Source: Neisseria sp. MVDL19-042950 (lineage in GTDB: Bacteria > Pseudomonadota > Gammaproteobacteria > Burkholderiales > Neisseriaceae). From it: a stretch of DNA of 32,000 nt. The DNA lies in the NCBI RefSeq assembly GCF_030504625.1, contig NZ_JAUKWH010000005.1:38602-70601 (forward strand). The letters are read 5' to 3'. How positions within the stretch are numbered: position 1 is the first letter of the stretch; each line of letters begins with the position of its first letter. Shown here piece after piece: positions 24,268 to 32,000 of this stretch. The translations under genes were made by a program, and so were the position numbers. The notes beneath the pieces were generated by a model. The model saw only the letters and a list, made by a program, of their open reading frames with translations, searched no databases and had not been told where the DNA came from.

Positions 24268-25022
24268 TAAGTCAGTTCCCAAAAAATCACTTTAACGGTC
24301 TGTATCGGGCGGTTGGGATTGGGCGACAGTCTGGCGAACCAGAAATAATATTCGCTGTCGTCGTCGCTTTCGTGGCCGCGGGCGTAGAGCATTTTGCTGC
24401 CGTCCCACAAGGTAAAGTGGCCGCTGGCGTTGCCCCAGCCTTCGACTTCAAACATCACGATGCCGGTTTTGCCTTTGATTTTCGCCAACACGTTTTGTTT
24501 GACGGAGGCAATTCTTTCTTGGAATGCGGCCGAATCGAAGTCGGCGTCGTCATCCGATTTCAAGCGCGGCGGGCAGTATTCGACGGTGCCTCTGCCGAAT
24601 TGTTTTTTGAGAAATTCGCCGAGTTCGCGCACTCTGAACCAGTGGTTTTTTTTGTCTTTGTCGCCGATAAACGCGCCGGCGCGGTTGGCGGGCAGGCGGA
24701 TGCCGCTGTGGTTCAGCGCGTAAGACATGCGTGCGGCGCAGGTGTTTTCCCAAACGGTCGGTTCGCGCTCTGCCAATTCCGCCCAGCGTTTGGAAATGAG
24801 CGGATAAAACTCGTGGCTGGGAATGGTTTTGTAGTGCTTAACCATATCCGCCCAAGCCGGTTTTTTGGGGCTGACGCGGGGGCGTGCGGTGCTGCCGGTT
24901 TGGGGTTTGGGTTTGGCGGGCTTGACCGGTTTGACGGGTTTGGCGGGTTTGGCGGGTTTGGCGGGTTTGGCGGGTTTGGCGGGTTTTGCCGATGTTGCTC
25001 TGGCCGGTGTCGTTTTTGCCAT
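24267..25022 (-). CDS. tae4: Tae4-family peptidoglycan amidase (T6SS amidase effector 4 fold) with N-terminal Lys/Pro repeat extension
   Basis: The C-terminal ~170 aa carries NTCAARMSYALNHSGIRLP (catalytic Cys; compare NACPIRMSYVLNATGFPI in Salmonella Tae4 as I recall it). It also carries GIVMFEVEGWGNASGHFTLWDGS (catalytic His; compare GIIVVKGHGWSNARGHVTLWNGS) and VIFWEL at the C-terminus. The N-terminus is MAKTTPARATSAKPAKPAKPAKPAKPAKPVKPVKPAKPKPQ with no signal peptide. A strong AAGGAG lies 7 nt before the ATG. Confidence 0.85.
   Translation of the reverse strand: MAKTTPARATSAKPAKPAKPAKPAKPAKPVKPVKPAKPKPQTGSTARPRVSPKKPAWADMVKHYKTIPSHEFYPLISKRWAELAEREPTVWENTCAARMSYALNHSGIRLPANRAGAFIGDKDKKNHWFRVRELGEFLKKQFGRGTVEYCPPRLKSDDDADFDSAAFQERIASVKQNVLAKIKGKTGIVMFEVEGWGNASGHFTLWDGSKMLYARGHESDDDSEYYFWFARLSPNPNRPIQTVKVIFWELT
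24906..24986 (-). repeat. In-frame 9-bp tandem repeat array (GGCGGGTTT on + strand) encoding (AKP)n/(VKP)n
   Basis: Five perfect units lie at 24942-24986. They are preceded by degenerate units gacgggttt, gaccggttt and ggcgggctt. Confidence 0.9.
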
Positions 25023-25054
25023 TTTCTTTCTCCTTTGTAGTCAGATAATGCGGC

Positions 25055-25088
25055 GGAGAGGAAGTCTGCCGTTTCAGACGGCCTCTCC
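25055..25088 (-). terminator. Imperfect DUS-containing hairpin between obg and tae4
   Basis: GGAGAGGaaGTCTG-ccgttt-CAGACggCCTCTCC has a 2x2 internal mismatch. It lies 72 nt past the obg stop and 33 nt before the tae4 ATG. Confidence 0.4.
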
Positions 25089-25159
25089 GGCTAGAAAAAT
25101 CGAAACCAAATCACATTGCAATCGTTGTTTTAAGGGATTTCAGACGGCCTTGTTGTGTT

Positions 25160-26344
<1,185 letters not shown>

Positions 26345-26405
26345 TCAACAGACAGGCTGTCTGAAAAAGTATTCAATGGGTTGATATTATAAAGGATGTG
26401 TCAAT

Positions 26406-26436
26406 AGGCCGTCTGAAAATCTGTTTCAGACGGCCT
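26406..26436 (-). terminator. Inverted DUS pair hairpin downstream of the SBP-permease gene
   Basis: AGGCCGTCTGAAA-atctg-TTTCAGACGGCCT forms a 13-bp stem 19 nt past the stop at 26455. Confidence 0.65.
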
Positions 26437-26454
26437 CTTCTGCAAGAAGCGAGA

Positions 26455-28305
26455 CTATTGCTTATGTTTTTCGCCGCAACCGTAAGCCTGCGTGATGCGG
26501 TCGATGATGATGGCCAGAATCACGATGGCGGCACCGGCTTCCACGCCTTGGCCGATGTTGAGCGTTTGCACCGCTTGCAGCACGTATTCGCCCAGCCCGC
26601 GCGCGCCGATCATGGAGGCCAGCACCACCATGCCGAGCGACATCATCACGGCTTGGTTCACGCCTGCCATGATGCTGGGCTTAGCTTGCGGCAGCAGCAC
26701 CCATTTCAGCAGCTGCCAGCGGTTGCTGCCGAACGCGATGGCGGCTTCAATCATCTGCGGGCTGACTTGGCGGATGCCGAGGGCGGTGAGGCGGATAAGC
26801 GGGGCGAGGGCGTACACCACGGTGGCGAACAGCGCCGGCACTTTGCCGATGCCGAACAGCATCAGCACGGGAATCAGATACACAAAGCTCGGCATGGTCT
26901 GCATCACGTCGAGCGCAGGCGAGAGCAGTTTGTAGAGGCGCGGGCGGTAGGCGGTAAAGATGCCGACGGGAATGCCGATGATCACGGTGAGCAATACCGA
27001 AGCGGCCAGCAGCGCGAGCGTCTGCATCAGTGCCGCCCACAGGCCGAACGAACCGATTACGTAGAAACCGCCGATGCACAAGGCGGCGAACCACCATTTG
27101 CGCGTGGCATGCCAGCCCACTGCGCCGGTGAGCAGCAACACCAACCACGCGGGCAGGGCTTGCAGCAGGCGCTCCAGCGGCAGCAGCAAACCGAGCATTA
27201 CATCGCTGGCTTTACGCAGCTTGTCGCCGTGGTTTTGCACGGTTTGCTTGAGCGAACGGTTGAGGCCGTCTGAAACCGACCAGACGCGGAAAATGCCGTT
27301 ATTGCTTGCGGATCGGATATCGAGCTTGGTTTTCAGACGGCCTGCCGCTTCTTCGGAAACCCATTGCCGCCACACTTCGGGGTGCTGCTGCAAAAACAGC
27401 TTGGCCTGTGCTTCGCCGCTGCGTTTGTTTTCCGACATTTCCAAGATGGCGCGGTTGAGCATATCCGGTTCGAATTGCAGCCGTTCGATCATGGCGGCCA
27501 GTTCGGGGTGGGCCGTCTGAAACGGGGTGGACACAGCGACGGCGAGTTTGGAAACGGGAAAACCCGATACGCAGCGGTTTTTGCTTTCAGGCTGCAACAG
27601 CGTTTCCCAGCAGGCGGCATCGTGGGCGGGGAAGTCCAGCGGCTCGAAGCGGTATTTCGCCATCAGGCCGGTGGGCTGCCAGTAATAAAACAAGATCGGT
27701 TTTTTCTGCTCGTAAGCGGAAGAAACCGCCGCATCCAAAGCCGCGCCGGTGCCGGGGCGGACGTTGTTGAAATGCGCGTTGAGGCCGGTGGTGTCGAGCA
27801 GGCGCGTGTTGAAGGTTTCACACGTCCAACCCGTAGGGCAGTTGAGGAAACGCGCTTTATGCGGCGACTCGGGGTCGGGGAACAAATCTTTGAAACGCGG
27901 CAGGTCGGCCACGCCTTTTAAATCGGGGTGCGCCTGCTTCACATAATCGGGCACATACCAGCCTTGTTTCGCCCCGCCTTTGAGCGTGTCGCCGATAACG
28001 GCGGCCTTTTTTTCTTCCACGGCTTTCTGCATCACCGGCGAGCGGCCGATCCATTGTTCGGCAATAATCTGAATATCGTCTTGCGCCAGCGCGGTTTCCA
28101 GCGCGGTGGTGGTGCCGGGCACGCTTTCGGTGGCGCAGCCGTAGCCGTCGCGCAAGATGGTATTTAAGACGGCAGTGGTGAATTGTCCGCTTTCCCAGTC
28201 GAGTGCGCCGAGTTTGATAGGTTTGTCGTCGGGCTGGCAGGCAACAGCAAAAGGGCTGGCGGCGAGTAAGACGGCGGATAAGAGGTGTTTGGACAAGGAC
28301 TTCAT
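26455..28305 (-). CDS. Fused glycine betaine/choline-type substrate-binding domain and ABC permease (OpuAC/ProX-like N-terminal half, ProW-like C-terminal half)
   Basis: 616 aa. The N-terminus has signal/lipobox-like LLAASPFAVAC, followed by an SBP-like half (IKLGALDWESGQFTTAVL, WYVPDY). The C-terminal half has multiple TMs and the EAA loop MIEAAIAFGSNRWQLLKWVLLPQAKPSIMAG. Confidence 0.85.
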   Translation of the reverse strand: MKSLSKHLLSAVLLAASPFAVACQPDDKPIKLGALDWESGQFTTAVLNTILRDGYGCATESVPGTTTALETALAQDDIQIIAEQWIGRSPVMQKAVEEKKAAVIGDTLKGGAKQGWYVPDYVKQAHPDLKGVADLPRFKDLFPDPESPHKARFLNCPTGWTCETFNTRLLDTTGLNAHFNNVRPGTGAALDAAVSSAYEQKKPILFYYWQPTGLMAKYRFEPLDFPAHDAACWETLLQPESKNRCVSGFPVSKLAVAVSTPFQTAHPELAAMIERLQFEPDMLNRAILEMSENKRSGEAQAKLFLQQHPEVWRQWVSEEAAGRLKTKLDIRSASNNGIFRVWSVSDGLNRSLKQTVQNHGDKLRKASDVMLGLLLPLERLLQALPAWLVLLLTGAVGWHATRKWWFAALCIGGFYVIGSFGLWAALMQTLALLAASVLLTVIIGIPVGIFTAYRPRLYKLLSPALDVMQTMPSFVYLIPVLMLFGIGKVPALFATVVYALAPLIRLTALGIRQVSPQMIEAAIAFGSNRWQLLKWVLLPQAKPSIMAGVNQAVMMSLGMVVLASMIGARGLGEYVLQAVQTLNIGQGVEAGAAIVILAIIIDRITQAYGCGEKHKQ

Positions 28306-28356
28306 CGGCTGAGATTCTTTATTATGTTTTTATGGGGCTGCTGAATCGGCTGAAAG

Positions 28357-28396
28357 TTCAGACGGCCTGCCGTGAAGAACAGGCAGGCCGTCTGAA
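28357..28396 (-). terminator. Inverted DUS pair hairpin downstream of prlC
   Basis: TTCAGACGGCCTGCC-N10-GGCAGGCCGTCTGAA forms a 15-bp stem 6 nt past the prlC stop. Confidence 0.7.
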
Positions 28397-28401
28397 AATC
28401 A

Positions 28402-30450
28402 TTACGCCGCTTCCACATCAAACCCGCTGTGGCGCAGCAACGCGTCGATTTCAGGTTCGCGGCCGCGGAAGGCTTTGAACGATTCCATCGCGCTGCGCGA
28501 ACCGCCCACGGCGAGGATTTCCATCCAGAAGCGTTTGCCGGTGGCTTTCACGTCGCCGCTTTCTTCAAAGGCGGCGTAAGCGTCGGCCGAGAGCACTTCC
28601 GCCCATGCGTAGCTGTAATAGCCTGCCGAATAGCCGCCGGCGAAGATGTGGCTGAAGCTCAGGGCGAAGCGGTTGTAGGCGGGCGGCTGGATAACGGCCA
28701 CTTCTTTGCGCACGTCGTCGAGCACCTGCGCCCAGTTTTTCAGACGGCCTTCGTCGTTTTCGCTGTAAATCAGCATGTCGAAGAGGGCGAATTCCATTTG
28801 GCGCACGAGGAACATGCCGCGCTGGAAGTTTTTCGCCGCCACCATTTTGTCGAACAACTCGCGCGGCAGGGCGGCACCGTTGTCTTCGTGCGACGACATT
28901 TCCGCCAGCACGTCGTATTCCCACGCAAAGTTTTCCATAAACTGGCTCGGCAGTTCGACTGCGTCCCATTCCACGCCGTTGATGCCGGAAACGCCCAATT
29001 CGTCGACTTGCGTGAGCAGGTGGTGCAGGCCGTGGCCGGTTTCGTGGTAGAGGGTGATGATTTCGTCGTGGCTGAGGCGCGATTCTTTGCCGTTCACGGG
29101 CGGGGTGAAGTTGCACACCAGATAAGCCACCGGCGTTTGGGTTTGGCCGATGCGGTTGCCGGAGATGAAACGGCGTCTGCCGCGGTAGTCGTTCATCCAA
29201 GCGCCGCCGCGTTTGCCTTCGCGGGCAAACAGGTCGAGATACACGCCGCCGATGATCGAGCCGCCTTTTTCCAGCTCGAAATAGCGCACGTCGGGGTGCC
29301 ACACGGGTACGGCTTTTTCAATGAAGTTCACGCCGTACAAACGGTTGACTTGGGCAAACAGGCCGGCCAGCACTTTGCCGACGGGGAAGTATTTTTTCAC
29401 TTCGGTTTCGCTGAAAGCGTATTTGGCTTGGCGCAATTTTTCGCTGGCGTAGGTCAAATCCCACGATTGCGGGTCGGCAATGCCCAAGGTTTCGCGCGCG
29501 AATGCCTGCACTTCGGCCAAGTCTTTTTCGGCGAACGGTTTGGCGCGGCGGGCCAAGTCGTGCAGAAAATCCAGCACTTGCTGCGGGGTTTCGGCCATTT
29601 TGGTGGCGAGCGAAAGTTCGGCGAAGTTGGCGAAGCCCAGCAGTTTGGCTTCCTGCAAGGCGATTTCCAAGCGGCGGCCGATGTTGGCGGTGTTGTCGAA
29701 CTTGCCTTCGTCGCTCAATTCACTGGCGCGGGTAACGTAGGCGCGGTAGATGTTTTCGCGCAATTCGCGGTTGTCGGCGTATTGCATCACGGCGATGTAG
29801 TGCGGCATTTGCAGACCGATTTTGTAGCCCTCCTTGCCTTCGGCTTGGGCTGCGGCGGCAAACATGGCCATCGCGTCTTCGGGCAGGCCGGAGAGTTGGC
29901 TATTGTCGTCGAAATAAAGCGCGAACGCATCGGTGGCATCGAGCACGTTTTGCGAGAACTGCGCGCCGAGCTGTGCGCCTTCGGTTTGCAGTGCGGCAAA
30001 CTCGGCCTGCTGTTCGGGCGGTAATTCGGCACCGCTTAATACGAAGTCGCGCAGGTCGTGGTTGAGTTTGGTTTGCTGGGCGGCATCGAGTTTGGCGAAT
30101 TCGGGCGAGTTTTTAATCGCTTTGAAGCGTTCGTACAGCTCGATGTCTTGGCCGATTTCGGTAAAGAATACGGTTACTTCGGGCATCAATTCGTTGTACA
30201 CGGCGCGTAATTCGGGCGTGTCGGCCACGGAATTCAAATGCGCCACCACGCCCCAAATACGGCCCACGCGCTCGGTGAGGTCGGTAAGTTTTTCAACGGT
30301 GTTTTCCCAAGTGATGTCGCTTTGGGCTTTAATGGCGGCGATTTCCGCGCGCGCTTCGGTCATGGCGGCTTCCATCGCGGGGCGGATGTCGGCGGTTTGG
30401 ATGCGGTCGAAACGGGGTTCGTCGGCGAGGTTCAGTAATACGTTGCTCAT
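28402..30450 (-). CDS. prlC: Oligopeptidase A (M3 family zinc metallopeptidase)
   Basis: 682 aa with LYHETGHGLHH (HExxH), a downstream E ligand region (GVEWDAVELPSQFMENF) and FSHIFAGGYSAGYYSY, typical of PrlC/Dcp. Confidence 0.95.
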   Translation of the reverse strand: MSNVLLNLADEPRFDRIQTADIRPAMEAAMTEARAEIAAIKAQSDITWENTVEKLTDLTERVGRIWGVVAHLNSVADTPELRAVYNELMPEVTVFFTEIGQDIELYERFKAIKNSPEFAKLDAAQQTKLNHDLRDFVLSGAELPPEQQAEFAALQTEGAQLGAQFSQNVLDATDAFALYFDDNSQLSGLPEDAMAMFAAAAQAEGKEGYKIGLQMPHYIAVMQYADNRELRENIYRAYVTRASELSDEGKFDNTANIGRRLEIALQEAKLLGFANFAELSLATKMAETPQQVLDFLHDLARRAKPFAEKDLAEVQAFARETLGIADPQSWDLTYASEKLRQAKYAFSETEVKKYFPVGKVLAGLFAQVNRLYGVNFIEKAVPVWHPDVRYFELEKGGSIIGGVYLDLFAREGKRGGAWMNDYRGRRRFISGNRIGQTQTPVAYLVCNFTPPVNGKESRLSHDEIITLYHETGHGLHHLLTQVDELGVSGINGVEWDAVELPSQFMENFAWEYDVLAEMSSHEDNGAALPRELFDKMVAAKNFQRGMFLVRQMEFALFDMLIYSENDEGRLKNWAQVLDDVRKEVAVIQPPAYNRFALSFSHIFAGGYSAGYYSYAWAEVLSADAYAAFEESGDVKATGKRFWMEILAVGGSRSAMESFKAFRGREPEIDALLRHSGFDVEAA

Positions 30451-30466
30451 GGTTTTCCTTTGGATG

Positions 30467-30504
30467 TTTTCAGACGGCCTGAATGGGGAGAGGCCGTCTG
30501 AAAA
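30467..30504. repeat. Inverted DUS pair hairpin in the divergent prlC / arsR-family intergenic region
   Basis: TTTTCAGACGGCCT-N10-AGGCCGTCTGAAAA forms a 14-bp stem starting 17 nt upstream of the prlC ATG. It is not downstream of any gene. Confidence 0.8.
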
Positions 30505-30769
30505 GAAACGGGTAAGATGGGAATCAAACGGGGTGTATATAGTGCCGGATGGGGTAAATTCAAAGTGTTTCTTTGATTGGCGATACGGTAAAAACGGCGG
30601 TTTCTGAATATAACAAAAATCATACGGGCAGGGTGGGCGGTTTCATTGTTATTGTCAAATCAAATGATTAAAACCGCAAATGCCTGCAAACCCGCTGCAT
30701 CGGTTTGCTTCGCTATCGTCTCCGAATGGTATAGAATAGCCCTATAACAAACCGCTACTAACTATAACT

Positions 30770-31066
30770 ATGGAAATATCATCCGATACCGTCCGCACGG
30801 CCATGCAGCTCAAGCTGATTGCCCATCCGCAGCGGCTGGCCATTGCGAAGCTGCTGCTGGAAAGCGAGCATAGCGCCGCAGAAATTGCCCAAGCAACGGG
30901 CATTCACGTTACCACCGTGTCCAACCATTTGAACAAAATGCGCAGCGGCGGCGCGGTTGATTTCACCCGCTACCACCGCGTGATGCAATACCGGCTCACT
31001 TCGCCGCTGATTGTCGCCGTGCTCCGTGCCGTGCAGGAAAACGGTGGCGGCAAAGAGGCCGTCTGA
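30770..31066 (+). CDS. ArsR/SmtB-family winged-helix transcriptional regulator
   Basis: 98 aa. LKLIAHPQRLAIAKLLLESEHSAAEIAQATGIHVTTVSNHLNKMRSGGAV is the canonical ArsR HTH. I noticed no obvious metal-binding Cys pair. Confidence 0.85.
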   Translation: MEISSDTVRTAMQLKLIAHPQRLAIAKLLLESEHSAAEIAQATGIHVTTVSNHLNKMRSGGAVDFTRYHRVMQYRLTSPLIVAVLRAVQENGGGKEAV

Positions 31067-31096
31067 AAAACGCTTTGGAAACAAACAAAACACATC

Positions 31097-31867
31097 ATGA
31101 AAATCGCTACTTGGAACGTAAATTCCCTCAATGTGCGCCTGCCGCAGGTGCAGGATTGGCTGCAACAGCACAGCCCCGACGTATTGGTTTTGCAGGAACT
31201 CAAGCTCGACCAAGACAAATACCCCGCCGCCGTTTTTCAAATGGGCGGCTGGCATACCGTGTGGAGCGGCCAAAAAACCTATAACGGTGTGGCCATCATC
31301 AGCAAAGAAGCCCCGCAAGACGTGCACACCGGCCTGCCCGCGCTGCCCGACGACCCGCAGCGGCGCGTGATTGCCGCCACCGTTAACGGCGTGCGCGTAA
31401 TCAACGTGTATTGCGTGAACGGCGAGGCACCCGACAGCCCGAAATTCCAATATAAAGAACAATGGTTCGCCGCGCTGACCGAATTTGTGTGCGATGAGAT
31501 GAACCGCCACGAAAAGCTGGTGTTGCTGGGCGATTTCAATATCGCTCCCGCCGATTTGGATTGTTACGACCCCGAAAAATGGCGTGAAAAAATCCATTGC
31601 ACCAGTATCGAGCGGTCTTGGTTCCAAAAACTGCTCGATTTAGGGCTGACCGACAGCCTGCGCCACCGCTATCCCGAAGAAGTGATGTACACATGGTGGG
31701 ATTACCGCGGCGCGATGTTCCAACGCAAACAGGGTCTGCGTATCGACCACTTGCTGATTACCCCCGCCTTGCGCGATGCCCTGCAAGACGTGCAGGTGGA
31801 TTTGGAAGCCCGCGCGCAAGAACGCCCCAGCGACCATGCGCCGGTGTGGGCGGAGTTTGCCGTTTAA
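31097..31867 (+). CDS. xthA: Exodeoxyribonuclease III (AP endonuclease)
   Basis: 256 aa with MKIATWNVNSLNVRL, LQELK, GDFNIAP and RPSDHAPVWAEF, the EEP-fold Xth motifs. Confidence 0.95.
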   Translation: MKIATWNVNSLNVRLPQVQDWLQQHSPDVLVLQELKLDQDKYPAAVFQMGGWHTVWSGQKTYNGVAIISKEAPQDVHTGLPALPDDPQRRVIAATVNGVRVINVYCVNGEAPDSPKFQYKEQWFAALTEFVCDEMNRHEKLVLLGDFNIAPADLDCYDPEKWREKIHCTSIERSWFQKLLDLGLTDSLRHRYPEEVMYTWWDYRGAMFQRKQGLRIDHLLITPALRDALQDVQVDLEARAQERPSDHAPVWAEFAV

Positions 31868-31896
31868 ACCGCATTAACCCGAATGCCCGATGGCAT

Positions 31897-31926
31897 GAGG
31901 CCGTCTGAAAACTTTCAGACGGTCTC
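31897..31926 (+). terminator. DUS / near-DUS inverted pair downstream of xthA
   Basis: GAGGCCGTCTGAAA-ac-TTTCAGACGGTCTC. One arm has a single mismatch (a G-U pair in RNA). It lies 30 nt past the xthA stop. Confidence 0.55.
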
Positions 31927-32000
31927 AACCCTTGTTTTTTACACTTAAACCATTTCTCAAATCATCTATCTTTTCATCACTCTTTTATTCAAGCTAAAAA

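Noticed and set aside
24372-25040. 222-aa + strand ORF (and 24865..25206 +) with GLAGLAGLAG repeats
   Set aside because: It is the antisense reading of the tae4 gene and its 9-bp repeat array. The minus-strand frame has a strong SD, Tae4 motifs and a coupled immunity gene.
23777-25159. T6SS gene cluster around the Tae4-Tai4 pair
   Set aside because: No Hcp, VgrG, PAAR, TssB/C or other structural genes are present. The neighbours are cysS and obg, so only an orphan effector-immunity pair can be claimed.
26398-27273. 291-aa + strand ORF, plus other long ORFs overlapping obg, the SBP-permease gene, priA and ctrC (e.g. 25335..25970 -, 27364..27921 +, 9825..10400 -, 10661..11197 +, 7888..8544 -)
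   Set aside because: All overlap genes with clear family motifs in another frame or strand. They have Arg/His/Gly/Pro-rich compositions characteristic of off-frame translation of GC-rich coding DNA.
28429-30024. 531-aa ORF on the + strand
   Set aside because: It lies entirely antisense to prlC, which has unmistakable M3 peptidase motifs. Its translation is low-complexity and rich in G/A/V/R/F/H, typical of a shadow frame in GC-rich DNA. No start context or motif.
30779-31627. 282-aa ORF on the - strand
   Set aside because: It is antisense to both the ArsR-family gene and xthA, spanning their intergenic gap. It has shadow-frame composition and no recognisable domain.

Overview
The window comes from a Neisseria-type genome. 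By manual reading I count about 32 exact copies of the 10-mer DNA uptake sequence GCCGTCTGAA/TTCAGACGGC. Most are preceded by AG (the AG-DUS dialect of commensal Neisseria) and many sit in inverted pairs at gene ends. The window alternates GC-rich, DUS-dense core genes with two AT-richer accessory blocks that almost lack DUS.

Block 1 (1-9200) is a capsule locus. It holds the ctrABCD export genes and a divergent synthesis operon: a 530-aa unknown multidomain protein, a 701-aa dual-GT2 synthase of the KfoC / Pasteurella class II glycosaminoglycan-synthase type, and ugd.

Core genes follow: priA, which carries 7 in-frame DUS.

Block 2 (about 11470-21270) holds a signal-peptide/TM/repeat protein split by a 1-bp insertion. 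Next to it is an ~8 kb Nf/MDA-like filamentous prophage with Rep, a ssDNA-binding-like protein, major coat, pIII-like, pVI-like and Zot genes but no secretin. Its IS110-family recombinase is interrupted at an A7 tract and is preceded by a 420-bp hairpin-rich non-coding segment.

The remaining core is rpmE, sodC, cysS, obg, a fused betaine-type SBP-permease, prlC, an ArsR-family regulator and xthA. An orphan Tae4-family peptidoglycan amidase with an N-terminal (AKP)n repeat, plus a Tai4-like periplasmic immunity gene, is wedged between cysS and obg.

I recognised no rRNA, tRNA or CRISPR array. All family assignments rest on motif recognition by eye. No searches, folding or composition statistics were run.
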